Assembly (NCBI GenBank): GCA_965202585.1
Contig: OZ241832.1
Span: forward strand, 45,012,001 to 45,076,000
DNA length: 64,000 nt
Reading direction: 5' to 3'
Source: Thalia democratica
Taxonomy: Eukaryota
The notes beneath the pieces were generated by a model. It was not told the origin of the DNA. It searched no databases and worked only from the letters and a program-made list of their open reading frames with translations. Numbering within the stretch: position 1 is the first letter of the stretch; each line of letters starts with the position of its first letter. Below, piece after piece: positions 11,170 through 23,100 of this stretch. A program made the translations under genes and the position numbers.

Positions 11170-14100
11170 CTAAATAAAAAATTATAAACATAAAAACTGC
11201 TCGTAATTTTTAAAAATATACTTAAACAATTTAAAAGTAGCCCCCTAAGAACCTGTTCCCTAATACTGCATGTTATATAAAAATTTCAATTTTTTTTTAA
11301 CATTACTGTTTGTTGAACACTAAAAACTAAAAAAATAATATAATTATGTTTGACTATCAAGCTGTTTTAAACTTAAGTCATTGGGTGTAGTACTTTAATG
11401 CATGTTTATTTTTCTGGTGAATATCATTCTGCTATAAGTTAGAAATTATAAAATTTGTGTACATTAACTAATAAGGTTACTAAACAAAAAATATAAGTTT
11501 AGTTTCTTTAAGATAAGTTTTCAGGCTAAGAACGTGTAACAAAAACCCAATTTAGATTTATAAGTAATACTTGGAAGTTTTTGTAAAATTGTAATATAAA
11601 ATTTATGGAAAACCTGAACGTTGTTGAGGTCAGTATGTACTTTGTCTTATGACTGGTAAAATCATTTTTTTAGATTACTTACTGTTGTCTAAAAGAATTA
11701 AATTTGCGTATCTATAATTGCATAAGTTATTGATAAATTATATTCACATTTAATAACCGAAGGTGAACAACTTATTTTCTTAAATTTTAAAGTTTTAGAT
11801 TTCTTATACAGCGAATAGTTCTAAGATTTTCAAATCTGTACTAATTTTGTGCTGTAATTTTGCTTAAACATTATAAAAATTTTACCTTTCTTCTTATTTT
11901 TCAGTAATTAGAAAAATAATACAACAGTTTAAAACGATTAATGATGTTTTTTAGAAACATTATTATATCAGTTAAATAATAAAAGTCCTCAGGTCGTTTT
12001 ATAAGTTTAGGTAATTTTAAAATCTAAGTTTTAGAAATAGAAATAAACTATGATTTTCTTTACTACAAAATTTAAAGAAGGATGCTAATATGAGAGTTTT
12101 ATTAATTTAACACCATACAACTTTTCAAACAAACGTGTTTTAAAATCAACTTTTTTACTCAAGCGTACTAAGTTTAATTGTTGTTTATACAAAATTTAAC
12201 TTTATTTATCTAAAGTGACTTTTAACATGAATAAAAGTTTTAAAAGAAGATGTGAAAGTGGCACCACAAGTTATTTGGCAAGTGGAGGTGCATATACACG
12301 CAGGTATGATGAAATTATAATCGACATACCAAGAAAGACAAATGCGTTGATGAAACTGTTTTATGGGATGAAAAGTTGGCTGATCATTAGTGGCGTATGA
12401 TTGACTATTCAGAGTTAAAGAGAAAAAATGGAGTTTTACTCAATCCTGAAAAATTCCAGCTTGCACAAAAAGAAATAGACTTTTCTGGATTTACCGTTAC
12501 GATATCTGAAATTAAGCCACAAAAAAAGTTCAAAAGTGAATTAAGGGATTTCCTATACCTAAGTCGCTAACAGATGTGCGATCGAGATTTGGTTTAGTGC
12601 ACTAAGTATCACATTATGACCAGTTGACATCTTTGATGACTGTGTTCAAACCGTTACTAAGTCCCAAAACTAGGTTCTACTGGAACGATGAGCTAGCTGA
12701 TTCTACAAGTCAAAAGAAGCTATAGTTGCAGCCATAATAAAGTAAATACAAATTTTCGATTTGGGAAAGCCCACTTGTATACAGGAAGACTGGTCCACAA
12801 CTGGTACAGCTTATTTTTTGTTGCAAATGCAACGCTCTTGTAGCTCTGTTGTGCCAGTATGTTGTCAAACTTGATGACATTTTGTTTTGGCAGGTTCTCG
12901 CATTCTTAGACCTTCAGAATCACGTTATGCTGCGGTAGAGGGAGAAACCTTGCAATTGTTTGGGCACTTAAGCAATCACGGTATTTTACACAAGGATGTG
13001 ATAATTTGTTGTTTCTGACTGATCACAAACCAATGGTAAAACTATTTGGAGACAGAAAACTTGATGAGCTTGCAAATCACCACCTTTTCTAGTTGAAGCA
13101 GAGATTGGTGGCAATTCTTTATAAACCTGGAAAACTACACATTGAATTAGATTAAATGTCTCGTCATCCGGTGGAAACCATTTATGAAACAAAAGATGGA
13201 GTTGACATAAGTGGTTCTGAAGTTCTAGCTGGGATACGTTTACCAGAAAGTGAGTGTATCATTGCAAGTCATCAAAGAGGTGAAATTTTCAAGATGTGAC
13301 TTTTGGCCAGGCTAAAGAAGAAAGCTCGAAAGATAAAGAAATGATGAAGCTTATTCATTATATTCAAGCTAGTTTTCCACAGATCAAAGACCACCTGCTA
13401 TAGAATAGCATGAGTTTTAGATAATTCGCTATTCTTTATTTATAATGGATGGGGTCATCATGTGTGGTGATCGTAAAAGAGAACTTGATCATAATAGGCT
13501 TCTATCACCTAGCAGTATATTTAGGATGGTGTGAGTAGAATAGTTATTCTTTCATTATTATAAGATTTGTTTTTAGAGTGCTGCATTCTGCTCATAAAGG
13601 GGTCACTGCAATGAACGAGCGAGTAAAAGCGATTGTTTATTAGTCGGGAATAGCAAATGACATTCAAGGTTGTCGGAAAAATGCAATAATTGTAACTTAA
13701 TTGCTTCAAGCAATCCTCGCCTACCTCCAATTGAACCATTGATTCCAAAAGTTCCTTTTAATTAATTGTGTGAGATTATTTTAATTTCAAAGGGTGATAC
13801 TATTTTGTAGCTGCTGACAGACTTTCAGGTTGGACAGAACAACAAAGAATCTAATAAGGTACAAATTATTCTGGTTCAAAATGGCTATGTAAAGCTTTGT
13901 CATTTTAGGTGTTCCAGTTGAAATATCTTCAGATGGAGGTTCAGAGTTTTCTGCAAAAGTTACCAAAGATTTTCTGAAACGATGGGGTTTCAGAAATGGA
14001 TACAGAGATTAGATGACACACGATGGGGCTCATCGTATGTCATCTGCATATCATCCTATGTCAAATAGTAGGGCGGAATTAGCAGTAAAGGCCACTAAGC

Positions 14101-17100
14101 GATTGTTAATGGAAAGCGTTTAACAGAATGCTACAAACTTTACTTACGCTAAGAAATACGCCTGATCCAGTATGCAAACTATCCCCTCTACAGATCCTTT
14201 TGGACTAAATTTAAAGGACTCATAACCTTACATCAGAAAGAGTGTTCGCAGATCTCAAATTTGTGACGTAATGCATGGAGTAAAAACGAAGAAGCTCTTA
14301 GGTCTTATTATGTTAAGTCACTCGAAAATTTAAGTTAGCACACAAAATCGTTGCCACCACTGAATTGCGGTGATCATGTCATGATACAAAACCAAACAGA
14401 TCAATTTCCTAACAAGTGGGGAAAGTAGAGTATTAGTGGAACTAAAAGATTATCATCAATATGTTGTCAAGGTTGATGGACCAGGTTGCTTAACTGTTCG
14501 AAATCGCAATTTAAAAAAAAAATTAATTCTCCCGGTTGCAAATCTCTAAGCAGTATCCCTTATCTGAAAAAAAACATACCACTGCAGATGTTTGTCTTTT
14601 CTGGTTATGATGAGAAAAGAGATTCCAAGTTTAATTTTGATGTTCTGCGCTCCCAGAAGAGAATAACTTTCAAAGCTGGAGATAACTATGGCAAGATTTG
14701 CAACGTTAAACCAGCTACCTTCCTTTCACCTGAAGACTCAAATTGCTTGGGTGCAAGCCAAACCTCTACAAAGCAGAGAAATGGTGTATTGTGTCGCTTG
14801 GATTCTAATAACAAATCTAGGTTATCTAAAAGAAATTTTTTTGACGATGGAGTGTCGCCAAAGAATGAACTGCGTCGTTCCGATCGTTTAAGAACCCGGA
14901 GAAGGATTTACGATACCATAAGTGGTGCCTATAAACCTGTTTAAACTGCAGTTTATATTAATGCTTTTATTCAATTGTAAACTATGTTAATTGTATCATT
15001 TTAGTGTTTTTTTTTTCCTTTTTCGGTTTAATTTCGTTGATTTTTAACACTGAAAACTGTAATAACTTTTATTTTAAATGATTTATTTTGCTAGCTAATG
15101 AATCGTTTCATCTTCTTCATAGATAAAATCTGGGGGAGATGTATAAATATTTATTTAGCTTTCAGTATGTTTTGTTGTACAGATTTTATCACTCTTGTAA
15201 TTAGTTCGTGAATAAACTCAACTAAGAAAGATATTTATTTAATTATCTGCAAAAAAGAACCCATCATACATTTTTAAAGCTCTATTTTTAATGCTTTTAA
15301 TTTTTAATTAGAATAAGTTTTCTATTTTGTACTTTTAGATTACCGTAGTAATAATTTTAATTTTTGTATTTCAATTACCGAAAGTAAATTTTTCAACAAA
15401 AACATTAGCAAACATAAAAAAAAACACTGTGTAAAAACTGTGAATACACTGCGTTGGTCTTTACGAAAATAAACTAACTTATGTAATTAAATACCTTTAA
15501 TCACACATGTATAAATATTTTAAAGTCTCTGTAAGTAAAGTTTGAACTCTAACTTACGATAAGATTTTCCTTCCATGTAATTTGTGACTGTCGTTTTTCG
15601 TTTTTATGATGCAAAAACTGGCTCAAACCTCTTAGTCTACTAGCAATTTCGAGTCGTAAATAAGAAATTTGTGACTTCAAACTTAATTTTTCGTTTTGTG
15701 GTATTAAATTTGACTTTAATCTTCGGTTCAACTTTTTTAAGCACAATTTGTTTGTGTCAATTGCCTAAATATGCTTATATGTCAGTTAAGTAGTAATAAA
15801 AATGTGTATGAAATGTTTTAACGTTCTACTCTTGTAAATATGTTAGATATTGTGGTATTGAAAGTAGCATCATTAAAATTAAACTTTAAATTACTCTTGA
15901 AAGAATGTTAAACAAAACTTATTTTATGAACTAAGTACATGAATTAGAGTAAAAACAACAAGTATACAAAATTACTAATATCTTTATAAAAAAATGTAAA
16001 AAAACATATTTAATCGGTTTTGTATATTTAATTGTATTTCGACAGATTTTATGATAAATTATTTAATCATCTTATTTTGTTAAAATAGATAAGGTAATTT
16101 TGATAATCGAATAATAAATGGTTTTAGGTTATTTTCTTATTAGTATATAAACAAACACAGGTTATTAAAGGTGTGTTATATATTTTAATCAGTTGAAAAC
16201 TGTACTACTATTCATTTATAAACATGTTTTTCGAAAACCTTTACTTCAATATAAACGAAGAAAACTAAGTATGTAGAAAATTTTTTGATATTAACATATT
16301 TCCTAACATACTATAACAAAGTTTATCTATTGATGACTTACAAATGACTTACAAAACAGTTTTAGCCTTAGCGTTTTCGATTTTGCATGTGGTAAAATAA
16401 TTGTTAAAACATTCACAAAAAACACATAATTAAATGAGAATAAAATTTTTAATACAGAACTAAGAAAGGTATCAGATTGGCTTATGGTAAACAAACTCAA
16501 ACTAAACCGTAATAAAACGAGAAGTATGCTTCTACATCAATCAGAAATATTTTTCGAAAACATATAGATCTTAATGTAAAAACAGGTAAAACAGCTAAAA
16601 AAATAAAAAATAGTTATAAATATTCGGGAATAATTATAGACAGAAGTTTAAATGACCAGATCATATAGAAACTATGAAATTAAATGTATAAAACATATTA
16701 AGTAGATTATATAGTACAACACATTTCCTAAATGAAAAAGCAGCTGTTTAATCTTGAATACTCTGTTTATGAGTAATGTTAGATATGGCTCGTTGTGTTG
16801 GGAAGAACAAATAAAAAAATTATAAATTTTATTATGTTCTCATAAACAGAGCACTTAGATGCATACATCATAAGAAATATTACGATAGTTTAAGGAAATT
16901 TAAAACTAATAATAAATATTAAACATTGATTTCTGTATCTGAACGAATTAGATCTTTTTGTGTTTAAAATTTACAACAATTTTTTACCAGATAACTTTAA
17001 TTATTACTTAAAAATTGTACGTATATTCATAGCTATTATACGAGTTCTTCACAAACTACTTTATTCCTACCTAGATTTAACAACAAGAATGGTCACAAAT

Positions 17101-20100
17101 CGCTAGCCTGTCAAGGTAATAAATTATGGCCTACTATTGTGTTTAAAAATTGAAAATTATTTTAGAAAGTTTGTTGATGAACTTAAAAACTATTTATTAA
17201 ATAGTGATAATCAAAGTCATAAGTGATGATTGCAACTCGTTTATTTACTTTTGTTTAACGAGTTAATAATAATTGTCACTTTATACTAAAATATTTTAGT
17301 TTAAAAAGGGATTAGTTTGGTTACAATAACAGTGGCTAAGTATAAATTACAAAATTTCAATCTTATTATTCTTTAGATTACTGTTTTGAATTAACTTCAT
17401 AATTATTACAAACTTCTTTTTTTCTAGCATGTCTATGTAAAATTTAGTTATAGATGTATTTATTTTAAAAGAGAGTTAAGTACATATTTAAATGTTAAGG
17501 TCAGATTACTGTTTCAAAAAAACTTAATCTTCTTTCTTGAGGAAACCTTTTTTTTTCTGCTTGCAAGTATTGTTTAAATTTTAATAGTTACATTTTTAGG
17601 CCTAGAAATATTCAAAACACAAAAAAAAATTTTAAGTAGAAAGAAAATTTGTTGCTATTATCATCAGTATTCTTTTTTTTTCTAATTAAATGCATAGTGT
17701 GTAAATGTTACCATACTTGTTTTTATATTTCTTGTTATAAAAGTTAAGTTAAGTTAATGGTTAAATTCACTTCTTTAAAAGTTATATAACAGTTTTGTTA
17801 TTTATAAAAGTATAAATTTATTTTACTGTTGTATTCAAATTACTAAACGAAATTGTATAGTTAAACTTTTAGCATATAATACAATTAAAATTTAACGTAA
17901 GTATATTTCAGCTTGTTACGCTTTTAACTTCTTTAAAGAAGTTGTAACCTATCTTTTAAGTACTTTTATGTTTGCTATCATTATTTCGTTTCATAGGTTA
18001 AATTAAAGTTATTTTTCAGCTCTTAAAATTTTCTCTACTTCTATTTTTTTAGTTTAAGCTTAGACTGTATTTTCGTTTTTATGTTATTAGACAATTTTTG
18101 GAGTACATTTTAAATAAAACATTTTTAAGTTAACACATTACTTAATTAGTTTTCGTTTAATTTTACTTTCTTTCGTTTTATTATTTGTTTTATTTCCTAA
18201 AGTTTAAAAGTTTGTATTATAATTTCTACTAGCTTGTAAGAAATTGTAAAATAATGCGGTTTACGACTCGATAACCAAAAGGTTCCTTTGCACACCTGGT
18301 CCTTAGACCAAACTTTTTGAGCGCTTTTTTTTTATCTTTAAATATACAATAATTGTCGTTATCAACTTTCGGCTGATAATTTTTTCAATTTGAGAGTAAT
18401 AAAAGTTTAAACAAGTTTTCAAGGCTACTAACAAAATATAGCTTTATTTTTTAGCTTATAATCTTTTTGAAAACAATAATGTTTAAACGAATTTACCTTT
18501 ATTGTTTGTCCATTTCTATCATAATATTTTACAAGTAGTTTCCATATAGTATCTTTATAATAACAACCCCAGTCTAATGGAATCAATTTTTCACGGCTTA
18601 ATTTTTCAATTTCCCGCCACATATTTTTTTGACTTTGAAAAATTTTCAGCTAAAAAAAATTTACTTGAGGTTTTATATATCTTTGTGAATTCTTTTTTTA
18701 TTTAATAAAAATCTATTTTGTACTGACTGTTTATATCGTATATGATAAAAGTCGAAAAACTATGGTGTATGACTTATCTTTTGTTTAGAATAATTTTTGT
18801 AAAACAACCTAAACTATTTGTTCTCTACAAGTATCAAAAATTATACTATATATTATTTGAAATGTAAGTAATAGTGTTAATTTAATGATTATTTTATCAC
18901 AACTTTCATTTAAACAGCTTTTTTTTGCTATAGATTTACAAAAACACTACGGTAAAATTAAATTGTCTTTTAGATGTAGTAATTACAAAAGATTTAATTT
19001 ATGTATGCATGAAAATTTAAACTTTGAGTATCACTTTCTAGACTAATGTTTTTCTGGTATAGTACATTTAACATTTTTTTCTAAATATCAATTTTCTAAA
19101 CAGTTTTTAGTAACTTTGATTAGAAAAACAACTAGAAAGCATATTTTATGTATTTTTTATTTAATTTTTATTTTACTTTCTCAAATACCTTTTCATAACC
19201 TGCTTGTAGAAAATCATCTTTTATGTCTTTAGAAACAAGCTCAAGAATTTCCAGAGCTTCTTTTGAACTATTTAATGATAGTTTACTTGCAAAGTGAATA
19301 GCCTTATTCAAAGCTCGGTGTTGTAATACACACCTAAAACATTAGCATTTGTTTTTCATTACACTTTAAAGTAGACTAATTAAAGAATACCTTTTTACTG
19401 AAACAAAATTAGTTTCCGATTTATTATTGTAAACTTCATCACAGTTTATATAGTTGTTCATTTTATAATAATTCTGCTGAATATCAGAGATTCCTGTAAA
19501 TTGAGTAAGTAAAGCAGTTAGATATTTTAAAGTAAGAAAAAGATAGTATAAAAAATTAATTCAAACTTAATAAAATTGTTATAAAGAGTTTAAGTTAGTT
19601 TTTTTTTAATGAGGTCTTATATTCTTCACAGTATTAGACACTGGTAATAATTTAAAATTTCTTTTTAATATATAAAAGTTGTTTATGTTGTTTAAAAACT
19701 AAATCGCAAAATTTCAAGTCTAATATTTTTACAAAAAAAAACGCACGCAAATCAAATGTTTTTATCTTTTTGGTTTTTAATGAACAATAACCTGTATTAG
19801 AAATCGATGTTTCGCAAACATGTTACTATATTTAAATCATTTAGAATTTCGTTGAAAACTTTAAATTAAAAGTGTTATTATAGTTGTTAACTATAATATT
19901 GTGGTGATTTTTTTTAGAACTATACCTGTTTTTAATGCTTTTGAAATTAAAATAAACTTTAATATTAAAGTTGACCTTCTTTAAGTTTGGTTCATACTTT
20001 AAGCTTTTAAAAGAAGTGAAACTTTAGAAGTATTTTATTAAGAAATAGTATCTTTAAAATTTAAGTATAGTTTTAAATTTAGTATCTCTTTTATACTCTT

Positions 20101-23100
20101 TTTTCAAACCTTCAATATTTTTTGGCATCATGTCCAAAAAGTAGATAAAGTTCTTATCGCATGAAGAAATATTTCCATTGCACAACAAGTTTTTGACTAT
20201 TTTGAATATTTTTAGTTGTAATTCTGAGCTTAAAGAAAGTTTGATTGCTTTTACGAAGCTTAAAACTGTTGAAGCCTCTGTAGCTTTGATTTGAAAACTA
20301 GAAACAGTATTAAGAACATCCTTTTCATCTGCATGACCGGAGAAAACTAGTTTTCTAAAATACCATGGTACAAGTTTAAAACTTTTACGACGTTTGTAGT
20401 AAACCAAAAAACTAGCTGTAGTGTTTTTAATTTTTGCCTGGGACATTTGTAATATGTATACTTTTTAAAATAATAAAAAAAAATTAAAACTATATATTAA
20501 AGTTTAAAACATAAAAAAACTGATAACATAACTATTAAACCAAATCAAAGTGTAGTTATAATGCTCTATTTGGGGTTATAACTAGTGATGTACCGGACCC
20601 GGATCCGGACTTTTTTTCAAATTAGAATGCGGCCGGAACCGGATCCGGACTTGTTTTTTCAAATTAGAATCCGGCCGGAACCGGATCCGGACTTTTTTTT
20701 TCAAATTAGAGTCCGGCCGGAACCGGATATAAGACAAAAATGGCAATATCCGACCGGACCCGGACCCGGATAGTGAGTCCGGTACATCACTAGAATAAAC
20801 TAGCCTGAGTCAGAATGAGGTTTTTAAAAACTGAAAAAAAAAATTTTAATCTAATAATAAGTAGAACAGCTAGCCACAAGGTTTACAAATTTAGGTGTTA
20901 TTTACAAGTAAAAATCTGAATTCAAGTTCTTGAACAAAATACACTAGAAAATTACAAAATATTGAAAACTGGATCAGCTCAAACTCATTCAAAATCTAAA
21001 AGAAAACTAGCCTGAGTTTTTATAAAAAACTAAACTATCCTGAGGCAGTCCAAGGTTTTCTAAAATTCCTAAAAATTTTCAAACTAGCAGGGTTGCCACT
21101 GTTTAAGTCAATAAAGCTAGCTAGAGTGAGTATAAACAAGCCTGAGTCAGAATGAGGTTTTTAAAAACTTAAAAAAATTACTTTAATCTAATAATCAGTA
21201 GAACAGCTAGCAAAGGTTGACAATTTGTTGTGGACTGAGTTGTGGACTGATTGTGGTACACTTAACTTATTAGTACTACCCATCATAATAAAATCCTACC
21301 TTATTTAATTAATATCTAACAAATACTAAATTCTAACTGAGACTACTTTCTATAATCAGACACGACAGTTTTGAGTGATGAATCTTTTATATAAAACACA
21401 ACAAGAAATACTAGCATATACAAAATTATTAATTACTTTGGTAATACTTTAAAAACTGGAAGCTATTTAAATCTATATCAAAAGACTTAAAACAAAAGAC
21501 TAAAAATTAAATAAAACTTTTAGTAAACAAGAAACTGTAAAATTTTTAATAAACTATTAAACTATAAACCTGGCTTAAATATTTAAACAATTACACACCT
21601 GTTGAAATATTCACTTTTAAAACAAAACACTACTTACAATAAGCATTCACAAAAACGTTCAAGATATTTTGTTGCTTCAAGCTATACACAAAACTAACTA
21701 ACTGCTTACATATAAACTGCCTGTCATGTTCTGATGTTTTATTACATCAGTATTTAGTTTGAAAAATTTCGTCATATGATTCTCCTTGGCTCGTACATTC
21801 AACCGTATAAACTCTAAATATTCTCTGAGCTCAACTTTAAACAATAAATAATGCAAGTATTCATTCCTAAGTTTTAAATTTTACAACATATGTAAAGAGT
21901 TGCATTTCATGAAATGTTTAATTCATAGTTTAAATGTAAACAAATGTAAATTAGTCACGTGTACAAAATGAGCCAATCACGGTAGGTGTTTAATTTTAAC
22001 TGACGAAAATGACTCTTATTAATTTACACAGGGTTTGTTTATGAAAAAGTACTTTTCAGTATGCTCTTTTTTACTAACTAGATCCCAATCGGCCGGATCC
22101 GGACTTTTTTTTTCAAATTAGAATCCGGCCGGAACCGGACCCGGACTTTTTTTTTAAATTAGAATCCGGCCGGAACCGGATCCGGACTTTTTTTTCAAAT
22201 TAGAATCCAGCCGGATGCGGATATCAGACAAAAATGGCAATATCCGGCCGGACCCGGACCCGGATAGCGAGTCCGGTACATCACTAGTTATAACCAACTT
22301 TATTTTTATATTCTAAAGTAAATGTTCTTTATATTACTATTTCAACGTAGACGGGTTATAAATGCACAAAGGTTCATTTTTGCAAAAAGGGACACTGAAG
22401 GCACAAAGACGCTTTTGCAAGAAGGGTCATTTTTGCATGAGGGACAACGATAACTTTGTACGAGAGTAAAAAATATATATATATATCAAAAAAATTAAAA
22501 TAAATAAATACCATTTGCAACTAAAAAGTAAGATAGTTTTATTCATTGTTAATTCGAAGCTTTTCGTCTTACTTCCATAAAACTTTATCAAGAATGAAAG
22601 ATGAGTTAGTAGTTAATTTTACAATAAGTTTGTAACTTGTAATATTATGACGTAAACTATAGACATTTTAGAATCGAAAAGTTAATAACTGTAGATAGTA
22701 AATGGGCAAAATTTTAAACAAAGTTATAACAGAATCACTTAAAACATTTAAATCAATATATACTTAAAACTATTCGTTTTCCATTCAAAGTTATTTGCGT
22801 ATTTTAAACAGGGTTTTCTTCCTCAATGACCATTGAATCTAAACCATAAAGGTTACTTATTTTACATCACTTTAAAACTTTAAAATTGTCATAGATATTT
22901 GTGTAACGGCAGGACTGGCAGTTGTAGATATGTTGAAATATTGCGCTGTTTTTGTCGGATCCTTTGTGATCTTCGATTCGTCGGAAAATTTGTCTGGATG
23001 TCTCTCCAACGTAGAAGATGTTCTGATCTTCAGAGCAAGTATATTTATAAATGACATTCGCATCGAAAACTTCCGAGCATTTGCTTTTGTTGTTTAAATA

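Noticed and set aside
11380-11431. TPR-like QNDIHQKNKHALKYYTQ segment
   Set aside because: There is an in-frame TGA and no usable donor; exons 17 and 18 already join in TPR register.
14486-14944. 152-aa ORF as a host gene
   Set aside because: It lies in the integrase tail/3' region of Gypsy element 2, between the integrase core and the PPT.
20585-20773. ORF with RPEPDPD repeats
   Set aside because: It is the translation of the CCGGATCCGG subterminal array of the hAT element.
21638-21681. Mini-exon LEATKYLERFCECL with AG/GTAAGT borders
   Set aside because: It lies only 28 nt after the previous donor, and its end phase gives stops in exon 13. It is better explained as part of the decayed hAT C-terminal sequence.
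20583-22286. CCGGAACCGGATCCGGAC arrays (and 42-/81-bp arrays elsewhere) as CRISPR
   Set aside because: There are no unique spacers, the context is eukaryotic, and the arrays are bounded by TIR/TSD or are simple tandem repeats.
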